64,000 bases of DNA from a candidate division FCPU426 bacterium (GCA_040756875.1 JBFLYH010000001.1:928001-992000); one strand, 5' to 3'. Counted from the stretch's first letter, positions 27,628 to 37,024 are shown. Notes: generated from the sequence alone by a model not told the origin. Made by a program: numbers and translations.

Positions 27628-29382
27628 CTAGATGGTTTTAAATCCCCACTTCACCCAGGAAGACAAATGTTTGTCGTAATGCGAAGCAGGGAGTCCCACT
27701 AGTAGCAAGTGTCGTGCTCGTGTCATTGCGACATAGGCCAAACGTCGTTCTTCGTTATTGGTATTTGATTCGATCGCTTTTAAAACCGCATTAAAGAATT
27801 GTGCAGATCCTAATACCAGAACTCCGTCGATACTTTCGCCTTTCACTTTGTGGATGGTTTCTTGCCTGATTCGAGGGAATAAAGTTTGTGGCTGGAAAAG
27901 GGGTAATGTTAATTTATGTGCATCAATTCCAGTCCGTTTGATTTTTAATCCTAATTTGGGCAGATTTGTAATGCCTATATCTGTAAATAGACTACTAAGA
28001 TTTGTCTTCAACTTCTCAATCCACTCTTCGCAATTCTCGCTTACCAGCGGAAGCCCTTCCGGAGATTTCGTGAATTTCCAAAGTGCCAATTTTATTCGAT
28101 GTGATTCATTCGAATCAGGATTTTCATCATATTCTTCCCACAAATTAGGTTCATCAATCATTTGTCGAATTGAATTTTCTACAATATGTTGTGCTTTCCG
28201 ATAGTCTTTATGGGTATCTCTATAAAAAGCTGCCTGAGCCATGTCTTTGGTAAGTCCCTGCAGGCTTATATAGTTCACATCACCTCGTATAGTTTCAAGC
28301 TGTTGATGAGCGCGACAAAGAATTGCGCTTCTCGTCAGAGGAATATTCGCTAAGTTTAAAAGTCGCTCAAATTCCGCGATACTTTTTCCAAACCCAGAAC
28401 TAGGTTCTCTCACAATAAAGGGGTGATGATATTCATTTTCAATTCCGCCACATCCAACGAAGGAAATATTTCCGCTAATATTTTTAACCGATTCCGCTAT
28501 TCTATTATTGCAGCGAAATGATTTACTTAATGGCTTCTCTGGAATATTCCACTTTTTCTTTAAAGCAGGCAGTGATGTTGCATCGGCCATACTAAATTCA
28601 TAAATACATTGATCAGGGTCGCCAACTAAAGTAATCTTAGTACCCTTATCGCGAATAAAATTTAAAAGTATTAGAAGCCACGCGTTTGTGTCTTGAGCTT
28701 CATCAACAACTATTTCCGGAAACCTTCGTGCGATACATTCGGCTATATGAGGGCGTTCAAATAGAATACGGCAAGCGAGGTAAACCCGTTGGGCATGGGT
28801 GTAATATCCATATTTAAAGAACTCTTCAACAGGATGGTTTTCTCTAAATTCAAGGGTTTGTCCCCCAAATTTATCGGATGCTCGGAATGCGACTTTTAAA
28901 TTATCTGGAAAAGGAATGATTTCCCAGGCTGGGACAGGTATTGTACCTCTTTTTGTTTTAGTCCATGCTTGTAGTTTTGTGTTAGCCCAATCTCCAGGAC
29001 GAGGAGCAATGAATAATTTGGGCCTTTTTACAGATCCGCAAATAAGATGGCCAAAAGGAGTAATTATAAATCGCTCGACAAAAGAATCGAAAGTTCCAAC
29101 ATAATTCGGATCAGATAGTAGACCTCTTTGGCCAACTTTTATTGTTGCTTCATGGAATTCCCTAATTGCAGCATTCGTAAACGAAAGTAAAGCAAGGCCT
29201 CCAACATTATAAGACCAGTTTGCTCCCCGCCAGATGAATCGTCGGCAGGATGTCCAGGTTTTTCCACTTCCAGGGGCTGCTCGAAGGAGGAACTCCAAAT
29301 CATCGGCAAAGATCGCATCGCATTGTTCGGTAGTAGGTCCCTGATTAAGGATTTGTACTCGTAGCTTCTCTGTACCGTCCAT
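27628..29382 (-). CDS. gajB: UvrD/Rep-like SF1 helicase (Gabija GajB-type)
   Basis: AAPGSGKT, LSFTNAA, GTFDSF, VVDEAQD, VGDPDQ.IY.F, SFRC, TIHKVKG, EERRLAYVAMTRAR. Overlaps the OLD nuclease gene. Confidence 0.85.
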   Translation of the reverse strand: MDGTEKLRVQILNQGPTTEQCDAIFADDLEFLLRAAPGSGKTWTSCRRFIWRGANWSYNVGGLALLSFTNAAIREFHEATIKVGQRGLLSDPNYVGTFDSFVERFIITPFGHLICGSVKRPKLFIAPRPGDWANTKLQAWTKTKRGTIPVPAWEIIPFPDNLKVAFRASDKFGGQTLEFRENHPVEEFFKYGYYTHAQRVYLACRILFERPHIAECIARRFPEIVVDEAQDTNAWLLILLNFIRDKGTKITLVGDPDQCIYEFSMADATSLPALKKKWNIPEKPLSKSFRCNNRIAESVKNISGNISFVGCGGIENEYHHPFIVREPSSGFGKSIAEFERLLNLANIPLTRSAILCRAHQQLETIRGDVNYISLQGLTKDMAQAAFYRDTHKDYRKAQHIVENSIRQMIDEPNLWEEYDENPDSNESHRIKLALWKFTKSPEGLPLVSENCEEWIEKLKTNLSSLFTDIGITNLPKLGLKIKRTGIDAHKLTLPLFQPQTLFPRIRQETIHKVKGESIDGVLVLGSAQFFNAVLKAIESNTNNEERRLAYVAMTRARHLLLVGLPASHYDKHLSSWVKWGFKTI

Positions 29383-31072
29383 TTAACTCCTCGTTTTTAG
29401 TAACACCTAGATACAGAAAGGCATTTCTAATATATTGTGGAATTACATTGGCCGTTAAATCATTTGCCATTTCTAAAAGTCCTGCCAATTCTTGCGCGAA
29501 TTGACCCTTGGATGTATTATTTCGAAGAAACTCAGTAAGGAATGTATCAGCCTTCTGTTCATCAGAACCTATCGATGCAATCGTATTTCTGAGCATTTTT
29601 CCGTTTCTTGGATATAGTGATTCAAAGGCATCAAGCATAAACGGCAACAATTTCGGTGAACACGCCAATTCATGTTCGAAAGTTATTCGACTTAGTTCAA
29701 CTCGAAGATTAGGAATTTCACTCTCCTTCCTTTTTAGTTCAGAAGCGGTTATTGAAGGAGCACCAGTTTTTTCAACATCATCACCATCAGTAAGAACTAC
29801 AACCGGCAAATTGAGACAATCAGTTCCGAATAGAGGAAGAAAGGCGTTAAAATTGATACCATCAGTATTTAGCACGGTGATAGCGGATTCCTTAAGACAG
29901 CCTCCGCATATTCGAGCGAGAGCAGGAAGCAAGAGCGCTTCAGCGATCCCCTCTACCATTAATATTTTTCGTGCGAAAAATAATTCAGCTCGAGTTGCAT
30001 CAAGAAATCGTTGAAGTTTCATTTTAAGCACTTGATCAAAATTAATCAAACAAATGGATACCGCACTAACCCTACCATGAATTTCATGGACGGAAATTAT
30101 CGAATCGATTGGAGCCTGGCTTGCTAAAATAGGTGAATGACTACTCACAATAACCTGCACACCATCTTCACTAGAAACTTTCACAAAATGTCTAAGTAGA
30201 AGGACTTGAAGCTGTGGGTGCAGATGGGCTTCTGGCTCCTCCACTAATATGGACCGATAAAAATATCGATCGCTTCGTTTGAGTGTTCCGAGAGTCGCGG
30301 CGGTAAATACAAGATTATTATATCCAAGGCCATTAAGTGAAAATGGCAATCCTTCAATCTCGGGCTGAAGACCGGCAATAATTTTGTGAAAAGTCGGGTC
30401 GCTGAATATCAATTCCGTTTTCTGCGTCAATTCCCCGCCAGCTATTGAAGTCATTTGATTATCAATATCCGCTTTAGCGTCCTTAACAGATTTTAGATCT
30501 CGAATTTTGTTGTTAGCTTCTTTGGCAATCGTTTCAAATTCCACATGTTTGTTTTCTTCGGTGAGACTATCAATAAGGCGGGATATTTGAGAATATCTAC
30601 CAGGCTTCAATCCACTTTCCGGATCTCTTAGAGGTTGAAGATAAATTGAGGTTAGTCTATCATAGAAATTTGCAGAAAGGCTTCCGCCCTCGGTTTCACC
30701 GCCCCACATCTTCACATTTGCACGTCGTGTAATGGAATTGAATTCAGCACGGGCATTTAATTTCACTTCAAACTTGCCATTACCAATATCCACGAGACAT
30801 TCGTGGAAGCAAACTTCCTCATCGTCATTGAGATCGCAAAAAGTGCATGATATTTCAATAGGAACGTTCCCTGTTCCTTGACGAAAATCATCTTCATTAA
30901 TTCTGAGCGCATCAAAATCGCGGCTTGAAAACAGCATCAATCGAAGCGCGTCAATGATAGTCGTCTTCCCAGCATTGTTTTCGCCAATAATCACACTTAA
31001 ACCCCGAGGAAAAGTTACCGTGAGGTTTTCAATTTTACGGAAATTTTTAATATGCAAGTTATATAATCTCAT
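29345..31072 (-). CDS. gajA: OLD-family ATP-dependent endonuclease, ABC ATPase plus TOPRIM (Gabija GajA-type)
   Basis: I.NFR, IIGENNAGKTT, NGLGYNN, ILVEEPEAHLHPQLQ, SSHSP, TOPRIM MVEGIAE and LTDGD, TFE.EL, KG.FAQ.LA. Confidence 0.88.
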   Translation of the reverse strand: MRLYNLHIKNFRKIENLTVTFPRGLSVIIGENNAGKTTIIDALRLMLFSSRDFDALRINEDDFRQGTGNVPIEISCTFCDLNDDEEVCFHECLVDIGNGKFEVKLNARAEFNSITRRANVKMWGGETEGGSLSANFYDRLTSIYLQPLRDPESGLKPGRYSQISRLIDSLTEENKHVEFETIAKEANNKIRDLKSVKDAKADIDNQMTSIAGGELTQKTELIFSDPTFHKIIAGLQPEIEGLPFSLNGLGYNNLVFTAATLGTLKRSDRYFYRSILVEEPEAHLHPQLQVLLLRHFVKVSSEDGVQVIVSSHSPILASQAPIDSIISVHEIHGRVSAVSICLINFDQVLKMKLQRFLDATRAELFFARKILMVEGIAEALLLPALARICGGCLKESAITVLNTDGINFNAFLPLFGTDCLNLPVVVLTDGDDVEKTGAPSITASELKRKESEIPNLRVELSRITFEHELACSPKLLPFMLDAFESLYPRNGKMLRNTIASIGSDEQKADTFLTEFLRNNTSKGQFAQELAGLLEMANDLTANVIPQYIRNAFLYLGVTKNEELNGRYREATSTNP

Positions 31073-31560
31073 CGCCTTAAACCCAAAATTATATTTTAAA
31101 TACCCAACATCTTTTATATTTTTAATCGTGTGTTAACTATATAGTAATTTTGGATAAATTCATATTTTTTATTAATAGCCAATCCTTGGGTAAGGTTTAA
31201 TCTTCCCTCATCCAGGAAAAAATCTCGCATCCAGCTTGCTACTTATTGACCACCGTCACATACACAATAAACTCCGGTGGAACGGTATAGCCTGATGGCA
31301 GGTTACGCTGGCTCCAAGACAATATGACCTTTCCGGCTGCCACACTATAAGAAAGGTCTGTAACCGTGCTATGCATATCATCCGGGATAGATTTGGGGCC
31401 GGAGTCTACTTATTAACTTTAATGGCGAGTCGTTAAAATGACCGTTAAACTCCGGTCCTGCCCATTAAGCATAGGTTTACATCAAGCCCTTTAAGATGGC
31501 AACCTGAATTTGCTTGAAAATTAAGGGTGGAAAGGATAAAAACTATATCGCTCGGTATGT

Positions 31561-31637
31561 CGGGGTGTAGCGCAGTTGGCTAGCGCACCTGCTTTGGGAG
31601 CAGGGGGTCGGCGGTTCAAATCCGCCCACCCCGACCA
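31561..31637 (+). tRNA. tRNA-Pro (anticodon TGG)
   Basis: CGGGGTG acceptor pairs with CACCCCG-A-CCA; anticodon arm CCTGC-TTTGGGA-GCAGG; T-arm GGCGG-TTCAAAT-CCGCC. Confidence 0.97.
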
Positions 31638-31688
31638 GATTTCCCGCACAGCGGAAAATCGGAGTGTAGAGCCGTTCGCTTCGTGAAC

Positions 31689-31765
31689 GTCCCAGTAGCT
31701 CAGCTGGATAGAGCAACGGATTTCTAATCCGTCGGTCGCGGGTTCGACTCCTGCCTGGGACGCCA
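31689..31765 (+). tRNA. tRNA-Arg (anticodon TCT)
   Basis: GTCCCAG acceptor pairs with CTGGGAC-G-CCA; anticodon arm ACGGA-TTTCTAA-TCCGT; T-loop TTCGACT. Confidence 0.97.
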
Positions 31766-31876
31766 GAATACGTACCCCGGTTAAACACCGGATAAACTCA
31801 AACCATTTGATGTGTACGAGCCGACGAGCAAAGCGAGGAGGTCCCGGCGGTTTCAGCCGGGATTCGACTCCTGCCT
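31760..31876 (+). repeat. tRNA-Arg 3' flank with a second T-arm-like segment; partner of the inverted copy at 27237-27336
   Basis: TTCGACTCCTGCCT occurs in tRNA-Arg (31743-31756) and again at 31863-31876, preceded by the hairpin TCCCGGC-GGTTTCA-GCCGGGA. Confidence 0.7.
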
Positions 31877-31903
31877 AGGTCACTAGCATAATCTTATCGT
31901 GCA

Positions 31904-32521
31904 TCACCGCTTTTTCCGCTTCTTTTTCGCCAACAACTCTTCCCTTACAACCGCCACCATCTTGCGGGCAGCCAAAGCCCGGTGACTGGCCCGGTTCTTC
32001 GCGGCAGGGGTCATTTCTGCATAAGTGCTATTGGAGCCTTTCGGAAAAAACAGGGGATCATAGCCAAACCCGTTTTGGCCCCGCAATTCGGTCCCAATGG
32101 TCCCCCAAACCTTTCCGGTTCTGATTCTGATCGTGCCGTCCGGCAAAGCCAAAGCCATCGTGGTCGCGAAGAAAGCCCTGCGCTGGTTTCCTGTCAGCCC
32201 GCGCATGCGGCGCAGCAGTTTCCGGTTGTTGGCCGCGTAGTCGTTCCCAGGGCCGGCGTAACGGGCTGACCGCACGCCCGGCTCCCCTCCCAAGGCAGGT
32301 ACGAACAATCCCGAGTCATCGGCCAGGGCGGGCAGCTTCAGGGCGCGGGCCGTGGCCCTGGCCTTGAGTACGGCGTTCGCGGCCAGGGTGGCGCCGGTTT
32401 CAGCCACGTCAGGCAAAAGAGGAAAAGCGGACAATGGCTTGAGCGTCAGCTTTGAACCGCGCAGGATTTTTCTGATTTCCGACAGTTTATGAAGGTTGGT
32501 GGTGGCAACGACGATAATCAT
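31904..32521 (-). CDS. rdgB: Non-canonical purine NTP pyrophosphatase (RdgB/HAM1)
   Basis: ATTNLHKL.E, NA.LKA, ALADDSGL.V.AL.G.PGV.SARYAG, GFGYDPLF, KN..SHR. Confidence 0.96.
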   Translation of the reverse strand: MIIVVATTNLHKLSEIRKILRGSKLTLKPLSAFPLLPDVAETGATLAANAVLKARATARALKLPALADDSGLFVPALGGEPGVRSARYAGPGNDYAANNRKLLRRMRGLTGNQRRAFFATTMALALPDGTIRIRTGKVWGTIGTELRGQNGFGYDPLFFPKGSNSTYAEMTPAAKNRASHRALAARKMVAVVREELLAKKKRKKR

Positions 32522-32537
32522 GGAGACTCAGCCCGCC

Positions 32538-33278
32538 TTAACTGGCGATCATTTCCCGTTCAGGCGAGTCGATAAGCTCCCGCTGCCGGCTGATCAGACT
32601 CTGGATGCCCCTGCCGGCCAGATCCAACATGAGGTTCAGCTGATCCCGCGAAAACGCCTGTTTTTCGGCAGTGCCCTGCACTTCGATCAATTGGCCTCCG
32701 CCGGTCATGACGACGTTCATGTCCACTTCAGCCCGGCTGTCCTCGGAATAATCCAGGTCCAGCAGCATCTCCCCGTCCACCAGACCCACCGAAACCGCGG
32801 CCACGAAATCCCTGAGCGGCCATTCAGCCAGCCGGCCTTTCTGAGTGAGGCTGCGGCAGGCATCGGCCAGCGCCAAATACGCGCCGGTAATGGCGGCGGT
32901 CCGGGTGCCGCCGTCCGCTTGCAAAACATCGCAGTCCAACAATACGGTCCGCTCCCCCAGTAATCTCAAATCCGTGACTGTCCGCAGGGAGCGGCCGATC
33001 AGACGTTGGATTTCCTGGGTCCGGCCCGTGCGGCCGCGTCCGGCTTCGCGCTGAATCCGTTCGGGCGAAGAGCGCGGCAGCATGCCGTATTCCGCCGTCA
33101 CCCACCCCTGGCCTTTGCCGCGCAGAAAGGGCGGCACCTCATCCTGCACGGTCGCCGTGCAGATGACCTTGGTCTCGCCGGTCTCGATCAGCACTGCGCC
33201 CTCGACCATTCGCAGATAGTTCCGGGTCAGTTTCAGGGGCCTGATCGCATCAGCCGCCCGTTGATTATATCGCGTCAT
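32538..33278 (-). CDS. rph: Ribonuclease PH
   Basis: [68 protein letters not shown]. Confidence 0.98.
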   Translation of the reverse strand: MTRYNQRAADAIRPLKLTRNYLRMVEGAVLIETGETKVICTATVQDEVPPFLRGKGQGWVTAEYGMLPRSSPERIQREAGRGRTGRTQEIQRLIGRSLRTVTDLRLLGERTVLLDCDVLQADGGTRTAAITGAYLALADACRSLTQKGRLAEWPLRDFVAAVSVGLVDGEMLLDLDYSEDSRAEVDMNVVMTGGGQLIEVQGTAEKQAFSRDQLNLMLDLAGRGIQSLISRQRELIDSPEREMIAS

Positions 33279-34039
33279 GTCCTCTCCTTGGCCAGCAAGG
33301 CCAGGCACCCATTGGCGCCGTTATATTCGGGGTGCGCCGGCACGTTGACTTGAAAACCGGCCTGCCGCAGGTAATAAACCAAAGCCTGGTTCCTGGCGCC
33401 GCCGCCCACGAAAACCAGCTGTTTCAGCGGCCAACGCTCCAGCATGGGCCGCAGTCTCAGGAACACGGAATGGTTGACCCCAGCGCAGAGGCGGGCCAGA
33501 GGCACGCCGTCCGCCACTTTGCCCACAATCTCGGATTCCGCATACACCGCGCAGGTGGTGGACAAATCAGCCGGGTCCAGATAATAGCTAAAAAGCGTTT
33601 CCAAATCAACACCCATCACCTGGGCCATGTTTTCCAGGTAGCGCCCGCTCCCGGCGGCGCATTTGTCGTTGACCACGAAGTCTTCGACATGCCCGTCCCT
33701 GACGCGGACGGTCTTGGTGTCCTGGCCGCCCAAATCCAGAAGGCAAAACTCGCCCGGATGCCCCGCAGCCGCACCCCAGGCGTGCGCCTCAATCTCGCTT
33801 ACCACGAGAACGCCGGGCAGCTTGACATTATGCCGTCCGTATCCGGTCGCTGCCACTTCATCCAGGAACGGCAAGTCCAGCGAGGAGAGATCCAGGACAT
33901 GAGTTCCATCCTCCTGGCCACGGCTGTGATCGTGATAGAGACGGAAGGTCGGCAGGCTGAAACGCCGGAATTGGCCTTCGCCCGCGTCTAAAACGAATTT
34001 AACCTGGCGCGATCCGATATCAATGCCGAGTCGAACCAT
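33275..34039 (-). CDS. HgdC/HadI-like Fe-S activator ATPase (BadF/BadG/BcrA/BcrD family)
   Basis: [56 protein letters not shown]. Confidence 0.92.
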   Translation of the reverse strand: MVRLGIDIGSRQVKFVLDAGEGQFRRFSLPTFRLYHDHSRGQEDGTHVLDLSSLDLPFLDEVAATGYGRHNVKLPGVLVVSEIEAHAWGAAAGHPGEFCLLDLGGQDTKTVRVRDGHVEDFVVNDKCAAGSGRYLENMAQVMGVDLETLFSYYLDPADLSTTCAVYAESEIVGKVADGVPLARLCAGVNHSVFLRLRPMLERWPLKQLVFVGGGARNQALVYYLRQAGFQVNVPAHPEYNGANGCLALLAKERT

Positions 34040-35048
34040 GTTGGGCCTTCTTTTTATGCCGCAGCATGTGCAGAAAAGCGTCCAAGCGGGTGCGGGTACG
34101 GCCATCCAACGGCCCCACCCGGTCGCCTTCCAGACTCAACACCGGCATTTTCAGATGCTGTCGAAATCCCTGATCCTCCAACTGATGGTGGCAAAAAGCC
34201 TGGATGTAGTGAATGTAGCCGTCCAATTGCCTGATTTGGGCCTGTTCCTGGATATCACGCAATCGCCCAAATACACTATACGGATAGGTATAATTCAAAT
34301 TTTGATCAAGTAAATCCTTGGCATATTCAGGCATGGCGAACTGCCGCGCAATCTCATTGAACACAACTCTCGCCCCGCGTTCTTCAAGATAGGAATAGAG
34401 GTCCGAAAACACGCCCGGCACCCCCAACAAGCCCAACCGGATCTCATCCGCCGGGTAGTCACGTGGCGGTTTTCTCAGCATCGCATCCAGTTCCATCTGA
34501 AAAACATCCGGGTCGCTTTTAAAGTCAGTGCAATTGACCAGGGCATATAAATTTTCCTGGCCCGAAAAGCTGTTCAGCTCCCAGGTTCGCCGATCAATTT
34601 CATGGGCCAGTTTCCGTATGACATCCAGGCGCTTTTTAGCTTCTTCAACCGCGTCCCATTGGACCCCGAAATACTCCATTAACTTTTGGACTTCCCGCCT
34701 CAACAGTTGCCGGTCCTGGTCATAGGGATACGAAAATGGGATGAATTCAACGCCCAAAGGCATGAGTAATTGCAACATGCTGGTCATGGGAGCGCAATCC
34801 CCTTGCATGACGCCAATGATTACGTTGATGTTCGTATTCCGGATGACGCTGTACACGCCCTTTACCCAGGCGCAGACCGTTCTGGGCATGCCTTGCCTTT
34901 CGGCCTCATCAATCAGAATCTGCGGCGGATTCCACGAAATAAAAGCGTTATTTAAATCAACCGGCACGCACCCAGAGGCATATACCACTTCCACAGGCAC
35001 GGTGGATGATATTCCAATGCGTTCCTTACCCGAGTGAACAACAGCCAT
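34020..35048 (-). CDS. 2-hydroxyacyl-CoA dehydratase D-component-like Fe-S protein (single subunit)
   Basis: IG...TVPVEV..A.G..P, CAWVKG, QGDC, DG.IHY.Q.FC, P.L.LEGD, TR.DAF..ML. Overlaps the activator gene. Confidence 0.85.
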   Translation of the reverse strand: MAVVHSGKERIGISSTVPVEVVYASGCVPVDLNNAFISWNPPQILIDEAERQGMPRTVCAWVKGVYSVIRNTNINVIIGVMQGDCAPMTSMLQLLMPLGVEFIPFSYPYDQDRQLLRREVQKLMEYFGVQWDAVEEAKKRLDVIRKLAHEIDRRTWELNSFSGQENLYALVNCTDFKSDPDVFQMELDAMLRKPPRDYPADEIRLGLLGVPGVFSDLYSYLEERGARVVFNEIARQFAMPEYAKDLLDQNLNYTYPYSVFGRLRDIQEQAQIRQLDGYIHYIQAFCHHQLEDQGFRQHLKMPVLSLEGDRVGPLDGRTRTRLDAFLHMLRHKKKAQHGSTRH

Positions 35049-35072
35049 GATAAACCTCTTGCAAACCAGTGC

Positions 35073-35834
35073 TTATTTAATCCCCAAAACCGGATGTATC
35101 TGGGGTAATAATCTAACTTGAGGGTGTTTGCGTATAACCGTTTTCATCAACATTTCCAAGGTTTTTCGCCCAGAAGGTGATTTCCAAGCAGCTCCGGTTG
35201 CAGGCTGTATAATCAAATCCCAGCCAGGTTTCACAGCATAAGCCAAAGCGGCGGCTTTGGCAATCTCGCGCTTGGAGGTCTCAGGCATAATAACCATTTT
35301 AATACACCCTTGTTTTTGGGGGAACTTCTTCAATACTCGATAATGGCGGGTGAAATCCGCAGATTGTTTGGTTGCAGAAGCCAGTTTAAAATCAAGGGAA
35401 ACGAAATCAAATATACCAATCTGTTTGATATTAAGAGTGTTTTCTAATCCATTTGTTTCCAATAATATTTTCGTTTTATTCATGCTTTTCTTTAAGCTGC
35501 GGGCTAATTTAACTAAAAATTCCGGCTGTTCCAAAGGTTCGCCGCCCGTAATAGCAATGCTATGAATCGGGCCCAGGGCGAGGACAAGACTTTTAATTTC
35601 CTGCACAAGTCCAGGTATGGCCACTGGATTATTTAAACGACGAATCCTGGGTGGAATACGTATTGCCCAGGTGTCCGGCTTAGGGATCCTTCCCCGCTTT
35701 GTGTCACAGTATTGGCACCTTTGCCTGCATCCCGCCAAACGGATGAAAAGCTGCCTCCGTCCCACCCAGCTTCCCTCTCCCTGATGGCTGATAAAAACCT
35801 CGGATAGGTATCCCCGGATTTGTTCATTCTTCAT
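35073..35834 (-). CDS. queE: 7-carboxy-7-deazaguanine synthase QueE (radical SAM)
   Basis: SEVF.S.QGEG..VG..Q.FIRL.GCRQRCQYCDT, ITGGEPL, LETNG, SLD.KL, PQ.H at the C-terminus. Confidence 0.9.
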   Translation of the reverse strand: MKNEQIRGYLSEVFISHQGEGSWVGRRQLFIRLAGCRQRCQYCDTKRGRIPKPDTWAIRIPPRIRRLNNPVAIPGLVQEIKSLVLALGPIHSIAITGGEPLEQPEFLVKLARSLKKSMNKTKILLETNGLENTLNIKQIGIFDFVSLDFKLASATKQSADFTRHYRVLKKFPQKQGCIKMVIMPETSKREIAKAAALAYAVKPGWDLIIQPATGAAWKSPSGRKTLEMLMKTVIRKHPQVRLLPQIHPVLGIK

Positions 35835-36192
35835 AGCGGACATACGCCCTGGCCGATTCCCAAACGGTTATTGCTTTCATTTTGACTGGAGAGCCTTCCA
35901 AAGCCTGTTGGCAATGACGGTAAATAACGCGCGCCAAATTTTCAGAGGTGGGGTTGATGTCTGCGAAATCCGGGAGGCTGTTTAAAAAAGAGTGGTCAAA
36001 TTTCTCGAGGACTTGCTGCAGCGCCTGTTTCAGGTCCTTGAAATCGATGCCCAGGCCCAGCTCATCCAGGTCAGGGGTCGTCACTTCGAGGCGGACTTTC
36101 CAGTTGTGGCCGTGAAAATGCTCGCATTGGCCCTGGTATTCCCGCAACTGGTGGGCAGCTGAAAAATCCTGTTCCACGGCAATGGTGAACAT
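35824..36192 (-). CDS. queD: 6-carboxytetrahydropterin synthase QueD
   Basis: FSAAH.L, CEHFHGHNW, DF.DLK, DH..LN, NPTSENLA, VWES. Confidence 0.95.
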   Translation of the reverse strand: MFTIAVEQDFSAAHQLREYQGQCEHFHGHNWKVRLEVTTPDLDELGLGIDFKDLKQALQQVLEKFDHSFLNSLPDFADINPTSENLARVIYRHCQQALEGSPVKMKAITVWESARAYVRYEE

Positions 36193-36205
36193 GAATGGAA
36201 CCCGC

Positions 36206-37024
36206 CTAAACCGCCGTGCGGCGCACCGGACCGATGCGGCCGCCCCAAAGCCTGGCTCCGACTTGTATGAACTTCTCCGGTACGTCGGTCACTAAAAAAT
36301 GCTCCCGCCCTTTTCCGCCCGGCGCCATGAGGCCTTCTTTTTCAAGCGTGGCGCGAAGCTCCTTGGCCACTTCCTCGGCGGAATCAATAATGCGCACCCG
36401 CGAACCGCATACGCGCCGGATGACGGGTTTCAGCGCAGGATAATGCGTGCATCCCAGGATCAGGCTGCGCACCCGCTTTTTCAGCAGCGGCGCGAGATAA
36501 ATTCGCACAATCCGTTCGGAGACTTCGCCCTGCAGCCAGCCCTCCTCGACCAGCGGCACGAGCAGCGGGCAGGCTTGGGAATAGACTTTGGCGCCGCTTT
36601 TGAGGAGGTCGATGGTTTTCGGATAAGCCTGGGAATTGACCGTCGCCCGCGTTCCGATGACACCGATCGGTTCGCGTTCGGGAACGGCAACCGCGGCCCT
36701 GGCCCCTGGCTGAACCACGCCCAATATGGGCAGATCGAGCGCGCGGCGCAGTATGGGAAGGCTGTAGGCGGAAGCGGTGTTGCACGCCACCACCAGCGCC
36801 TTGATTTTGAAGCGCAGCAGGCGGTTGACGCACTCACGGGTGAAACGCACAACGGTTTCCCCGGCTTTGCTGCCATAGGGAGTGCGGGCCGTGTCGCCCA
36901 AATAAACGAGGTGCTCGGCAGGCAAGGCGCGCCGGATGGCCCGCATGACCGTGAGTCCGCCCACGCCGGAATCGAAAACCCCGACCGGGGCGTGGCGTTT
37001 CGACGGCGTGGTGCGTTTGTTCAT
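36206..37024 (-). CDS. murI: Glutamate racemase
   Basis: GVFDSGVGGL, DTAR.PYG, VACNTAS, LGCTHYP, IDSA. Confidence 0.97.
   Translation of the reverse strand: MNKRTTPSKRHAPVGVFDSGVGGLTVMRAIRRALPAEHLVYLGDTARTPYGSKAGETVVRFTRECVNRLLRFKIKALVVACNTASAYSLPILRRALDLPILGVVQPGARAAVAVPEREPIGVIGTRATVNSQAYPKTIDLLKSGAKVYSQACPLLVPLVEEGWLQGEVSERIVRIYLAPLLKKRVRSLILGCTHYPALKPVIRRVCGSRVRIIDSAEEVAKELRATLEKEGLMAPGGKGREHFLVTDVPEKFIQVGARLWGGRIGPVRRTAV

Larger units (their letters stand above)
27400..31540. mobile_element. AT-rich genomic islet (defence island) adjacent to the tRNA pair; no integrase visible
   Basis: Abrupt visible shift from GC-rich to AT-rich sequence; contains the OLD nuclease and helicase pair; ends next to tRNA-Pro. 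Boundaries are approximate. Confidence 0.7.

Noticed and set aside
25993-31540. Prophage
   Set aside because: Only a sheath gene; no integrase, terminase, capsid, portal or tube genes in the window.
31660-31673. CGGAGTGTAGAGC resembling the tRNA-Pro 5' end, between the two tRNAs
   Set aside because: Too short to fold as a tRNA. It may be a decayed duplicate but cannot be distinguished from chance.
31543-31788. 81-aa minus-strand ORF
   Set aside because: Antisense to the two tRNA genes; a typical artefact.
31811-31886. A third tRNA after tRNA-Arg
   Set aside because: A T-loop-like sequence is present, but there is no convincing acceptor stem, anticodon arm or CCA; treated as a repeat.
36193-36205. 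preQ1 riboswitch before queD
   Set aside because: The gap to murI is only 13 bp.
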